A DNA stretch of 63,252 bases, the filler included, from Octopus bimaculoides (taxonomy: Eukaryota): NCBI RefSeq assembly GCF_001194135.2. It is 6 parts of 5 records of this genome, joined end to end, with 100 filler letters (N's around TTAATTAATTAA, not from the genome) between each part and the next. Parts side by side here need not be neighbours in the genome. Positions count along the whole stretch, not along the records: positions 38,432 to 51,325 come from NC_068988.1; positions 51,426 to 55,213 come from NC_069006.1; 4 more parts are not named here. One strand, given 5' to 3'. Made by a program: the position numbers and the translations under genes. This document shows positions 38,805-52,953 of the stretch, piece by piece; within the stretch, counting starts at the first letter, position 1; every line of letters begins with the position of its first letter. The notes under the pieces were generated by a model. That model was not told the DNA's origin, ran no database searches, and saw nothing but the letters and a program-made list of their open reading frames with translations.

Positions 38805-40751
38805 GAATGTAGCGCAGATCATGTCTATTTGATTTATGTATTTTTCTATTGACAACACTAAAGACTGAGAACTTCAATAAACGAATAAACGAAGTCGTGA
38901 AACAAACAAGATTTAGAGAAATGAAAATAAAAATCTTCAAGCGACAACCAGACATCGCAGCATGATTATTATGAGTGTATTGTTGTCAAAAGTTAACTTT
39001 CTAATACGACCTAGCAAGACTGATTATGTCCGCGTTCTATACCGTTAAGCAAGAGAGAGAGAGAGAGAGAGAGAGTAATCCGGGCCATAAAGGTTATTTG
39101 CTAGCTTTCAGGGTTAGAAACAATGTGAAAAATGTACTTTCCTCTGTTATAGGAAAATTAATGAGAAACCTGTGAGTCGAGTCTTTTTTCAGTTCTTTTG
39201 ATTTCTTATTTTCCCAGTCGCTGATTTTCTTTTCATTCTTTGTCGAGCCTAAAGACCTAATTGGCTTGAGCTTTTTTTCCGGTTTCTGTCGCGTTTAAGC
39301 GACCAAAAGAAAAGACACTTCCATGAATGGAACGTCAGTGTGTCGTAGGATTAATTCAGGAGTGTTGCTGTTACGCATTTTAAGCTGAATGAAATGGAAT
39401 AACGCGAACTGGAACATCTTGCACGAGAATGTCACTTCCTGAACCGAACGCTTGATTGTACGAACGCTAACTTAATAGTGAAAGTACCACTTCAAGCGTC
39501 TTCGATTCGAATCATTAATAGACTTTAAAAACCCATAGACATCGTAAATTATAAATTTATGTTGGTCAAATTTTGTAAATAAAATTATAATCATCGACTG
39601 ACTATTAGTTATATAAAATAGTCTAATATTATGGCATGTAACCCGCGTAACGGAAAAAATGGGTATTGTATGCGTGGGAATCGAACCCACGGCTCGTATT
39701 CTCGATCCCCATGCGTACTAATGCCCATATTTTTCTGCTATGGGGATATCTTAATATTAAAGTATTTTATATAGTCAATATATGGTGAAGACTTATGATT
39801 CTATTGACAAAATTTCAATAGCTGCCGTTTCCAAATTCAAGCAGAATTCGCGCTTGTTTATATTTTTTAGTGTTCATTTCACAAAGGGTATATCGACCCC
39901 AGTACTCAACTGTTACTCTTTTATAGAACCCTATAGGATGAAAGTAAAGTCACTCTCGACGGAATTTGTACTCAGAACATGCTTTTAAATCAGATCCCAA
40001 TTCTGGAGGTTCAAGAACTAAATCAAGGGCAGATTTTCGATCCCGGGATCATCTTGATTCCAAAAAGTATAATATGTCTATGTAGAGCAAATGTAGACTA
40101 AGATACAGGAGTCACAGACGGACAGACAGAGTTTCGCTTTTTTCAATATAGATAGATGAAAATTGACCAAGACTACTAGTGTATATGTAAGTAACATTAT
40201 GCAATGAAGTCTGGTGAAGTTGTACTGGAAATCACGTATCTGCATTTGGCAATGCTTTTCAAACTCATTAATATTTTAACAGAATTTAAATATTCTTTAT
40301 TAACGAGTAGGGTGGAATATGTATCCAACCTGTTGTCAAGGAAGTCATTCACCAATAATACTTCAATGTTTAGTAAATGTCTGCAATAGCTACAACCTCT
40401 TCTACTCATATTAGGAAAGCTGCACACCACTCCATCCAATTAATAATAACGAACCTAGCAAGCAATCACTATCACACTTGTTTTCTTTTTTCTCATCAAC
40501 GTACCTCTCCCTGTGTCTCTCTTTCCCTCTTTCTCCCACTTTCTCTTTCTGCAGCCTTCCCACTCTTCACAAAACTTCAAGTCCTGAGTTTCCAAATCCA
40601 CATAGTTTATTTCCTACTTTAGTCGACTTGTGGTTGTCTTAGCCACACTATTGTGACCAGTCTGCCAATATCATAGACACAATTACTTCTTCCCAAGTAA
40701 CGCAATAAAAGAGATTTTAAAAAACCCCACTTATTTAATTGATACTGTGCG

Positions 40752-41148
40752 AGAGTGGCTGTGTGGTAAGTAGCTTGCTTACCAACAACATGGTTCCGGG
40801 TTCATTCCTACTGCGTGGCACTTTGGGCAAGTGTCTTCTACAATAGCCTCGGGCCGACCAAAGACTTGTGCGTGGATTTGGTAGACGGAAACTGAAAGAC
40901 CGTCGTATATATGTATATATGTGTGTATGTGTGTGTTTGTGTGTTTGTGCCTGTGTTTGTCCCCCCACCATCTCTTGGCAACCTATGCTGGGGTGCTTAC
41001 CTCCCCGTAACTTAGCGGTTCGGCAAAAGAGATCGATAGAATAAGTACTAGGCTTCCAAAGAATAAGTCGTGGGGTCGATTTACTCGACTAAAAGGCGGT
41101 GCTCCAGCATGGCCGCAGTCAAATGACTGAAACAAGTAAAAGAGTATA
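40752..41148 (+). mobile_element. tRNA-derived SINE family 1, full length (CORE-like central block)
   Basis: A-box-like ggctgtgtggtaag, B-box-like ggttccgggttcattcc, CORE-like ggcactttgggcaagtgtctt, internal (TG)n and 3' module ccgtaacttagcggttcggcaaaagagatcgatagaataagtac. It recurs throughout the window. Confidence 0.85.
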
Positions 41149-43654
41149 CCAAAGTTAGTTGCCATTGATATTTGAGCTCAGAAAAAAGTTTTATGAAATA
41201 CGATATTTTATAAAGCGCCTGGACTATATCTTTATATTCTGCGCCATGTACACCACCTTTCTCGAAATGTAATTTGATAGCATAACATAAAAGAAAAATC
41301 AATTTAATACACAGATTAATCTTTTTTTTTTTTTTTTGAACATCGTCTGAAATTCAGATAATTCTGAATTTAGTTCAAATAAAATATTAATGCTATTATA
41401 GTTTCTTTTCTCCTTTTATTTTTTGTTTTTGAAAATGCAATATATTAATAATATCATGGCCAAATTTTCATATCCTAAATGTTTACTAATTTAGAATATG
41501 GATCTGATATTTGATGCTTAGGCTCCTGGAATTGTTGAACTGCATTCAATTTAGATTTAGTTGAAAGAAGTTACATTGCGTTGTTTCTCTTCCAGTATTA
41601 AACTGAATCAGTCATGCGTTGTACAGATAGCAAATCTAGAATTTAGGAGCCAGTTAACAGATCGATATAGCATCGGTAGTGGGGAAAAAACATAGCTAAA
41701 TAGTTATCTAAAAGCCAAAGGTCTTTCTGAAGGCTATAAGTTTATTTTGATAAAAAGCAAAATATCAAATTATATTTCGAACTATGAGATAATGAAATAG
41801 GAAAAACATTTACTCCTTTTTAACTTTATAGTTGTATAAGGTGGTGGAGTGGACTCTTAAATGTGTGAGTGGAGTGTATAAAGGATACACAATGATACAA
41901 TCATGAAAAATAGTCCTGCATGTCTGCATAAAGAAATCGATCGTTCATACTTTAATCTATTCTTATCAAATTTATAAAGACAGTTTCTGAAACCACCGCC
42001 AGTGCACGGAACTTTGCAATAACAACAGAAAAAGAACAACATTTTAATGAAATGATAATATTGTTATAATGTTGGAAGTGGTTGGAGGCAAACAACAGGT
42101 AGATCTCCATCGAACAGACCAACTATCAATGGCCTCCAAACAGGACCATCCCTTTTCAGTTATGAGGTAAATGTAATCTATGGTTACGTTACACAATGCA
42201 CTCCATCTTTTTCAAAAGTGGAAGGAATTATTTGAAGGAACGTGGCCGATTGGTTAGGGTGTTGCACTCACGATTGTGAGATCGTGGTTTCGATTCTAGT
42301 ACCGGGTGATGCATTGTATTCTTAAACAAAACACTTCATCACACATTACTCTACGTTTACTTCAACATCTTACGTGTGGCACACGGTGCACCTGTATAGG
42401 TAATATCAATCTAGTAGAGGAAGTGAACTAATAAATAACAGATGCATTTGATTACTATAACAAAAAAATCATTTGTGTAGTACTCAGCAAGAAATTGCAG
42501 AACCCTTATCGACAGGGGAGTCGCCAAAGAACAAGCAAAAAGAATGATTTGAGGGGAATGTTAACTGCGAATTCTAATAGATCAAGCAACCATTTAAGTA
42601 TTCCATTGTTAAATGCTTGTTTGATATTATGTAAGTACTGAGTGTTAAGTGAAGGGATTTTTTACGTCTGCCTTAGTCGGTAGAACTGACTAATATTAGG
42701 CTATAAGAAACTTGTAAGTGTTAGCTACTAGTTTTTAGCTCCAAGCCAGCAGTGATTGAAAAGACCTGTAATCAAACTTTGCTGTTTCCATAACGTCTTC
42801 AAAAGAGATATTATCTTGGAATACGATCTGTACATACGATTTCCTTTTTCCTTCGAGTATTTTCTTTCGAACGAAATATGTCTCGCATCCTGATTGTGGC
42901 AAGTATTTTTTTCTTCTTCTCTGCAAAATAGTCCATCTAAATATTATAGCAAACGTCCTAAATTTCCTTCTTCAATGACTATGATTTCGTCAGTAGAAAT
43001 TAACTAAGCTATAACCTTCGCTTTCGTTGGAATCCCGGAGGATGGCGACACGACACGAAGAAAGTTGACATTATTCTTGAAAAAACTACAAGTCAATGAC
43101 AAGAATTTCTTGAGAGCTGCGCAGCGGGGAGAAAGGAAAAGGTAACACTAGTTGCCACTGCAATGACAAGTTCATCTTTTTATTTTTTAGTGTATTTTTC
43201 TCGTGTATCTACAACTGCGTTAGCATATGTGTCCTTCCGTCTGTAAAACGGTATAACGTGATTTCGGAGAGGTTTAGTGCAACGGTTCCCACGTTAACTT
43301 GAAACATATTATATGACAATTAATAAAAACAAGTTTTAATAAGTCAGTAGATAGAATTATAAGTATGAACACAACGTTTCCTTGTTATCAACTTTCTCGA
43401 GTTGGTTTTCATATTCAATGTTTTTAGTTATTTTTTAACAAAATATCTGACGTATATTTAGGGCCAGAGTTCGGTCTGCTTAGTAGTTAGTAGTTACTAT
43501 TATGTATATAGGATATACATATAGTATGGAATAGTAGCCTCTGATAAAAGACTTATTTTATTATTACTAGTTTTGTCTCTTACTGTGTATAACCAAAAGT
43601 GTTTCTAACTTTGAAGCTATGACCACGTTATCTGTATTCAAATAGAGAACATGG

Positions 43655-43715
<61 letters not shown>

Positions 43716-45315
43716 TGTGTATATGTGTGTATATATATATAAATATACACACACACACACACANNNNNNNNNNNNNNNNNNNNNNNNNNNNNNNNNNNNN
43801 NNNNNNNNNNNNNNNNNNNNNNNNNNNNNNNNNNNNNNNNNNNNNNNNNNNNNNNNNNNNNNNNNNNNNNNNNNNNNNNNNNNNNNNNNNNNNNNNNNNN
43901 NNNNNNNNNNNNNNNNNNNNNNNNNNNNNNNNNNNNNNNNNNNNNNNNNNNNNNNNNNNNNNNNNNNNNNNNNNNNNNNNNNNNNNNNNNNNNNNNNNNN
44001 NNNNNNNNNNNNNNNNNNNNNNNNNNNNNNNNNNNNNNNNNNNNNNNNNNNNNNNNNNNNNNNNNNNNNNNNNNNNNNNNNNNNNNNNNNNNNNNNNNNN
44101 NNNNNNNNNNNNNNNNNNNNNNNNNNNNNNNNNNNNNNNNNNNNNNNNNNNNNNNNNNNNNNNNNNNNNNNNNNNNNNNNNNNNNNNNNNNNNNNNNNTT
44201 CTGTAGACACATTATAGTGGTTAAGAATCTCGCTTCGCCACTATGGGATCATGGCTTTCACTATCTTCTATAGACTTGAGCCTACTCATACCAAAATGAT
44301 TAAATAGAAACTGTATAGAAATCCGTTACGTGGATTGTCTGTGAAATTTAAAATACGGCACATTCTTGTCACGCACCTATAGGAATCTGATGTTGCATTA
44401 AGTGTATGTATGCCTGTGGAATACACAGCCATTTAGAATTCAGTTCATTGGACTACAGAATCTTCATCGTTGATCGACGGATAACCGGCAGTAGTAATTT
44501 TTCAGATCTATAAGGGAACACCGGTCTTGTGACATAAAGTATTCTGCTCTGTTAGTGGACAATCTGTATACAACTTTTTAAATTAGGGTAACACCTGAAA
44601 TCTGAAGAAACAGGTGAGAAACTGTCTTAGCAACCTTTAGCCAATAGAAAGCTTGGCGAATATCAATTACCTCGAAGAGAGGAATTCTAACAGAATGTGT
44701 TTGGCGAGTGACAAAAAGAAGAAAAACGGTACATTCTTCATTCCTTATAGCAACTTAACATTCAACATGTTTTTTTATCTTTTAGTTGTATCAGTTATGG
44801 GTCTGCGGCCATGCTGTGCCATTCCTTGCAGGGTATTGTGGAATAAATCTACAGAAGTACTTATATTTTTGTTTTTGTTCTGATTTTTTTTTTGCCTGTT
44901 ACTTACACCCACCTCTTTCGCTGAATTGCCTAGTTACGCGGATATAAACAAACCAACACCTTTTGTCAAACGATTGTGGGGAGGCAAACACCAATGCGTG
45001 CTAGCTCACACACACACACATACTTATACACACACACACACACACACAAATATATAATGCTGTATCAAGTCATCCCATAAGTTCTGTCTGATTTTACCTT
45101 TTTTTAAATTGAATGAAATTTAATAGTATTTTAGAATGTCTAATGGAATTAAAAATTATTTTTATGCACTTGTGTACGTTTAAACTAACTAAATATTATT
45201 TTACAGAATAATAGAATGAAAATTTCCTTGATTAAAAACTTTCTAACATGGAAGTATCCAAAGAGCATTTGAGGCTCATAATGCTTTATGAGTACCTTAT
45301 TATTTTTTCTAATAA

Positions 45316-45367
<52 letters not shown>

Positions 45368-45469
45368 NNNNNNNNNNNNNNNNNNNNNNNNNNNNNNNNN
45401 NNNNNNNNNNNNNNNNNNNNNNNNNNNNNNNNNNNNNNNNCTTTCGGAATTTTGAATACAAAAGGATAT

Positions 45470-45724
45470 AATGATAACGAGGATGAGGAGGGGAGGAGAT
45501 GGAGGAAGAGGAGGGGAGGAGATGGAGGAAGAGGAGGGGAGGAGGAGGGGGGATAACGATCACGACGACGACGACGACGATGGGAACGACGAGGAGAGAA
45601 AGGAGTGAGACGATGACGACGACGATTACGACAAGGAGAAAGGAAAGTTGGATGACGACAACGACATGGAGAAAGAAGAGTAGAACGACGATGACGATAA
45701 GGAGAAAGAAGAGGAGGAGGAGGC

Positions 45725-45765
<41 letters not shown>

Positions 45766-45766
45766 T
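45470..45766. repeat. Compound GAG/GAC/GAT trinucleotide array
   Basis: Alternating (GAC)n and GAGAAAG blocks ending in (GAT)n. Confidence 0.85.
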
Positions 45767-46341
45767 AAGTATTTGTAGGTGAAATCTTTCTTACTATGAA
45801 ATATATTTGTCTATGTAGTATTGTTAAATAAGCGGGTTCATTTCTGGTGAATAAATTTCTCCGAAATATTGATTGGCAAACTATCAAGACAAGACGAAAC
45901 CTGTCTTCCTCTCTATGTTGATACAAGCTTATCAGAAGTTAACTTCTGTATCGAAGCGATCTCGTGAGATATTAGACAAATGTAAAGTTTCTTATCTTCA
46001 GCATCGTATCTTAAAGATGCTAACTTCCTACCATAGAATATAATGAAATTTAAAACTTAATTTACGTAAAAATAAAAACAACTCACCATTCTTATCAATC
46101 AGCCAATCTTAAATTAGTGTAAACCTATCAATTTGCAGATGATTGTGACGAATACAAAGTCTGTTGGTTTTTGGCTTGAAAATAAACATGAGAAATGAAA
46201 TAGTTAAATCGTTGTAAAAGTTGGAGAGAAGAAATTATGACTGAATACACTACCGGACCACATGTCCGGCTTTCAGAAATGCGGAATTTTCAAAAATCAG
46301 GAAATAGCATGCAATCCCTGAAATAAACTGTATGCTATGAG

Positions 46342-46560
46342 GGCGGTGAGCTGGCAGAATCGTTAGCACACCGGAGAAAATGCTTAGAGTCATTTCGTCC
46401 GTTTCGACGTTTTGAGTCCAAATTTCGCCGATGTTGACTTTGCCTTTCATCCTTTTGAAGTCGATAAAATAAGTACTCAGTTGAGCACTGGAGTCAGTAC
46501 AATCGACGTAAACTTTTCCCCCGAAAATATTGGCCTTGTGCCAAAATTTGAAACCAATTA
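46342..46560 (+). mobile_element. SINE family 2 copy
   Basis: Same head and central gactttgcctttcatcct block as 25945. Confidence 0.8.
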
Positions 46561-49202
46561 CCGTAACCCGTAATAAGTAAACAGACTCTGTTTTTGAAGT
46601 TGATCCTATGACCGCGAGTCCGCTGCCCTAACCTCTGGGCCATTGCGCCTCCACACGCATAAACTAAGTGTCAAGTAAAGGGATCGATATAATCAACAAC
46701 AATGGGATGTTGACAAGTTCTTGACTTTAACGGTATCGCGAAAAGCATTCTTAGAGGCCCAACCATCCGAGTTTTTGTACAGGGCTTAGAAAAACTGAAG
46801 GACTGCTGTAATAAGTGCGTGTGAATCTAAGGGAAATACGTTGAACAAAATCATAATTAAATGATTCTCTTGTATTATCTTTTACCCAAAGATAGGGACT
46901 TTTCAGCAGCCCCTCATATATTTTCAGCAAAATTTCAAGCCGTGTACCTAAGCTAAATTTCAATGTTGAATTTGTTGATATACGTTCTGAGTTAGAAATC
47001 GATTTTTGCCTTTGGATAATATAAGTAGCGTTCATTTTTCAAGGTTGATTTAATCGATAATTACTCTCCTCTCCCAAAATATGCAATTTCGTTCCTATGG
47101 ATATAAAACCATTACTAAAAAGATTAGAAAGGCAGTAGTTTGGCAGAGTCCTTGGAACATCAAAAAAAGAAAAGTGCATTGGCGTATTTCATCCAGCTCG
47201 TCTCTTTGTGAGTTCAATTCCTGCTAACATCAACTTTAGTTCTTTTCTTTCCCTATGGGATCGATAAAATAACTAGTCAAGAACTGGAGCCAATTTAACG
47301 ATCTAAGCCCCTCCCCTATAAATTTCTGACCTTCCGTCAATTTTAGAAACGAATGTTAATAACTTAGGTACACAGTTTTTATAGGTTACATTTACGTGTA
47401 AAACGGTTGAAGATTTACCACTGATTGCGACAAAAGAAAAACAATCTTAGATTTCAAGCAAGGAATAATTATTTCTGCTCTAGGTACAAGACCTTGAAAA
47501 TTTTGTGTGGTGGGGGCATTACCTCGACCCCAGCGCGTAACTGGTACTTATTTCCTCGAAAGGCAAAGTCATCTTCGGCGAAATTTTAACTAAGAACGTA
47601 GCGTAGCGGTAGACGAAATACCGCTAAGCATTTTGTCCGGCGTGCTAACGATTCTGCCAGATCGCCGACTTAGTATGAATTTATATTAGCTTCAGCATGA
47701 GCTACTCGTTCTCATTTATCTCTTCTCTACGAAAATTGACTTTGACGTTTTTCCTTAGAATNNNNNNNNNNNNNNNNNNNNNNNNNNNNNNNNNNNNNNN
47801 NNNNNNNNNNNNNNNNNNNNNNNNNNNNNNNNNNNNNNNNNNNNNNNNNNNNNNNNNNNNNTTTTTCCTTGGCTGTTCCACTAATAAATTACAATTATAT
47901 TATTTTCAACTAGGAGTTAAAGGAATTAGCGAGACCAGATAGGAAAAGCAGGAAAATAATGACAGCAATTAGAAAATATCACCAAACAGCTGGCGCATAA
48001 ATATTGTTTATCATGAAAATTATTATACAATATCTATGATAGGAATGTAAAAACAACTGGTAAAAAAAATAAACAAATGGTAACTGATACAAATAAACTA
48101 CACAACAATGAGCAGAGCAAAAGAAAAAGAATTATTTTCTGTGTTCAAGAAGATCATCAATTATAGAACAGAGTCTGAAATAAGAGGCAGCTGTACGGAG
48201 AAAAATTCTTAAAATATATGTGAACATTATAAAACTTTATTAAAATAGGACTAGAGAATGCCATGCTAGGATGGCAAAATAAGCTCCTAAATGAATAATG
48301 CATGGAATGGTTAGTGAAACAGAAGCGGGGGTAGGAGGAAAGAAATAACTCAGGGCTGACAGACAGGCGTATTATTCAAATTGCAGACAGAGCGAAGAAC
48401 TTCAAGACGCACTTTCCTAGCAGAAACTGAAGAAGCAGGAGTCAATGAGTGAGTGAATTCTTGCTCAACTTCGTAAAAATAGTAGCCAAAGTTCCCTCTA
48501 ATCAGATTCGTCAGCTTACATAAGACAATAAATATATCATTTAAGGTAGCTCTACAAAGCTGATAGGTAGTAAAGGGAGACAGTTGGATTGTTTTTGATC
48601 ATACACGTGCAATAGCTGACTAGTCTAAAGCTACGTGAAATTTAGTGTCCTGTCCAAAGACAAACCGCACCGTTCGATCCAGGAATTGAACCCAAGAACC
48701 CTAGAACCCAGAAAAGCAGGGATCAATGTGTGAGTCTCTGAATTTTTGCTCGATTTTGTAAAAACAGTTGGGACCCTCTAATCAAACTTGTTAGCTTACA
48801 CAAGACAATAAATACATTATTTAAGGTAGTCTTACAAAGCTGTTTAGTAATAAAGAGACACGGTTGGATTGCTTTTGATCATTCACGTGTAATAACTGAG
48901 TAGACTGAAGCAATGTAAAATTTAGTGTCTTGCCCACGGACAGAAGGCACAGTCCGATCCAAGAATTGAACCCTGAAATCCAGAAACTTATGCTTGTGAA
49001 CTGGATCGCCTAACCGCTATACCATGTACATTCACAATGCCACAAATGTACCCTACAAAAGTTCTTATGAAACAAAATATCAGACGTAGTACGTAATAAG
49101 CATGACAGTCAGAGCTTGGGAGATTAATACAGATTTTCCTTGTAAAATTGCCGAAGACATCAAGTCAACTATGTCTAATACGGTGTATTATTTCCGACAA
49201 AG

Positions 49203-49239
<37 letters not shown>

Positions 49240-49620
49240 GCACGCACGCACGCATGCACAAGCACAAAGAGGTTCATAGATATATAGATATCTAGATAGA
49301 TGGATGGATAGATATGGATATAGATATACATATATTTATATGTTTATACAGATATGTATGTATGTATGTATATACGTTGTGAGGATGGAAAGCAGAAACA
49401 ATTCCCAAAAGAGAGGTGTCAGGAAAATGATAAAAGAGAGAAGCAGATAAATATATCAGCTAAGATCCATCAACTTAAATGCAGTTACACCATAAAGAAA
49501 ACTACACAAACAACCGAGGTTTCTTACATATGTGATACGTTCCGAGACTTCAATACAAAAGCATTAATATAGGTGTGTGTGTGTCTGTGTGTATTTACCA
49601 ATGAATGTATGTATATATAC

Positions 49621-49656
<36 letters not shown>

Positions 49657-50421
49657 NNNNNNNNNNNNNNNNNNNNNNNNNNNNNNNNNNNNNNNNNNNN
49701 NNNNNNNNNNNNNNNNNNNNNNNNNNNNNNNNNNNNNNNNNNNNNNNNNNNNNNNNNNNNNNNNNNNNNNNNNNNNNNNNNNNNNNNNNNNNNNNNNNNN
49801 NNNNNNNNNNNNNNNNNNNNNNNNNNNNNNNNNNNNNNNNNNNNNNNNNNNNNNNNNNNNNNNNNNNNNNNNNNNNNNNNNNNNNNNNNNNNNNNNNNNN
49901 NNNNNNNNNNNNNNNNNNNNNNNNNNNNNNNNNNNNNNNNNNNNNNNNNNNNNNNNNNNNNNNNNNNNNNNNNNNNNNNNNNNNNNNNNNNNNNNNNNNN
50001 NNNNNNNNNNNNNNNNNNNNNNNNNNNNNNNNNNNNNNNNNNNNNNNNNNNNNNNNNNNNNNNNNNNNNNNNNNNNNNNNNNNNNNNNNNNNNNNNNNNN
50101 NNNNNNNNNNNNNNNNNNNNNNNNNNNNNNNNNNNNNNNNNNNNNNNNNNNNNNNNNNNNNNNNNNNNNNNNNNNNNNNNNNNNNNNNNNNNNNNNNNNN
50201 NNNNNNNNNNNNNNNNNNNNNNNNNNNNNNNNNNNNNNNNNNNNNNNNNNNNNNNNNNNNNNNNNNNNNNNNNNNNNNNNNNNNNNNNNNNNNNNNNNNN
50301 NNNNNNNNNNNNNNNNNNNNNNNNNNNNNNNNNNNNNNNNNNNNNNNNNNNNNNNNNNNNNNNNNTAATAACAATAGTAATGATCATAATAATAATAATA
50401 ATAATGATAATAATAATAATA

Positions 50422-50487
<66 letters not shown>

Positions 50488-51109
50488 TACTGTAGTCATT
50501 CACAAAACTTCTTTTTGGCCAATGCCACCTTAGAGAAAATTAATTTAACTTGAAAAGGTGTTTCATTCGCAAGACGTGTTAATTACCTAATCCAAACTAA
50601 TCTTCTCCAGGTGCAAATACATTTACAGCAAGAGAAAACCGAATGAATAGTCGTGCATTTCCAAACTACGTGATTCCACCAAGAGTAGTTACCAGGGTGT
50701 TAATGAACTGGAGATGAGAATTATAACAAAAACAGAAGAAATCTAGTCTTGTTTAGTGGTCAGAAGGACAAAGATAATATAATAGAAGTGTTTATTAGCA
50801 CACATAATACAGAGGAAGTGAAAGAGATAAGGGGGAAATAATTAAATAACCATTAAACTACAAGTAAGTTTTCAAATAATTCAGCTCTCTACGACTCACT
50901 TATTTCTTTCTCGAGTCTTAACGTTTTTTTCTTTCTGTTTTGCTTCTGAGAAAATGAAGGAAATTTCAGTGACTTAACATGCGTATTAACTCTATCGGTT
51001 TTACCTCAAGTTGCAATTCTCCCAACTCTGTTCATGTTTCAATGACTAAACAATAGATCTTTACATCAATCGTGAGCAACATCAAACTTGAAAACGTAGA
51101 CTATTTTAA

Positions 51110-51240
51110 AGGCTGTGTGATAAGAAGCCTACTTCCCAACCACATGGTATTAGGTTCAGTTCCACTGCTCCGAAGCGACCAAAGACTTGTGAACGGATGT
51201 AGTAGACGAAAACTGAAAGAAGTTCGTCATAAATATGTAT
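51110..51240 (+). mobile_element. SINE family 1, 5' part (a minus-strand 3' part lies at ~51905-52024)
   Basis: ggctgtgtgataagaagcctacttcccaaccacatgg...gaccaaagacttgtgaacggatg. Confidence 0.7.
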
Positions 51241-51290
51241 GTATGTATCTATATCTATCTATCTATCTCTCCCTCTATATATATATATAT

Positions 51291-51325
<35 letters not shown>

Positions 51326-51809
51326 NNNNNNNNNNNNNNNNNNNNNNNNNNNNNNNNNNNNNNNNNNNNTTAATTAATTAANNNNNNNNNNNNNNNNNNN
51401 NNNNNNNNNNNNNNNNNNNNNNNNNTCTATAAAACGTTTTAAAATTTTGTAAACAGAGAGTTACTTACGTTTCTTGCTTAAATAAAATTTCTTTTATTTA
51501 ACAAACTGTGACGCTAAAGACCGAGGTTACCGTGGTCTTTTCGTAGGTTTTTCTTTCCACGGATAACCTCCCCATTTATTGGGAATTTTTTGTATTATTT
51601 CGTATTTTTTGTAAATACCCCAAACGTTTTGCGATGTTTTTTTTTCATCGTTGTCCCCACTTTTGTTTTTTTTTCTGCTTTGTTTTCGACCCCCTCGAAA
51701 AGAAAAACTCTACATTTGTATTTTGTCCCCTCTGTGTTGAGCCCTGTGTGGCTAATAAAGAAACCTATCTATCCTTCTATCTATCTATCCCTCTGTATCT
51801 ATCTATCCC

Positions 51810-51850
<41 letters not shown>

Positions 51851-52468
51851 GTGCAGACATGTATATGTGTGTATGTATATATGTATGTATACATATTCTT
51901 TTATTTGTTTGTAATTTCACTGCAGCCATGCTGGAGCACCGCCTTTAGTCGAAGAAATCGACCCCAAGACTTATTCTTTGTAAGCCTAGTACTTATTCTA
52001 TCGATCTCTTTTGCCGAACCGCTCTCCCCCTCTTTCTTTCTGTCTGCCTCTCTCTATCTCTCTCTCCTTCTCCATCTTCCTTCCCCCCTCTCTCTCCTTC
52101 CCCCCTCTCTCTCCTGGAACACAAGAGAACGGTAGAGCAAGTTTCCAAGAGAGATTTAGCAGCAATTTTTAACAGATTGTTCGAGCAGACATGGACCCCT
52201 TCTAATTGACTTCTGTCACAGTTGTTTTTGTTTTTTACACCTTGGTCAGCTTTCCCAGAGCTGCTCTATGATCAAATCCGTTCCAACCACGCCACTCCAG
52301 TCTTATTTGTACCTACAATATTGTAACTTCAATTGCATTATCGAATATGGCATTCTTTTTAAAAACTGTATGTTCCCTCCACATTTGTCTAACCTCTTTG
52401 ACACCTTACACATTTCATTTCTGTCTCTATATTCTACACTTGGCTCGCCTCTCTCTCTCTCTCTCTCC

Positions 52469-52569
<101 letters not shown>

Positions 52570-52899
52570 GTCTTCCTAATCCCCAAATTCCATTGCTGTG
52601 TTATGTCACTTCGATAATTCAATAAGATTTGGAACAACGATCAGCTCCGATCGGTCTCTGGTTTATGTATTAACCATTCTTTCTATGTTATGTTTTGTAT
52701 GTGTGCGTGAGTTATGCTTGTATGCATGTGTGAATGTATGAATGTGTGTGTGTGAGAGAGAGAGAAAGAGTGTGTGTGTGTGTGTGAGAGAGAGTGTGTG
52801 TATGCATGAGTTTATAAACATATTCGCGCGGGTATTCCCTTGTTCAATTATTTACCCAAAGATAACTGTCGTGGTATTTCTACTTAAAAAGAAAAACTA

Positions 52900-52953
<54 letters not shown>

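Noticed and set aside
39660-39720. tRNA-like B box (gggaatcgaacccac); similar ones at ~34440 and ~48680
   Set aside because: SINE heads with no complete cloverleaf, so no tRNA gene is called.
44438-44470. ttcattgga (FIG) as a possible FIGQY exon
   Set aside because: Reads FIGLQ, lies within a decayed repeat, and has no splice sites.
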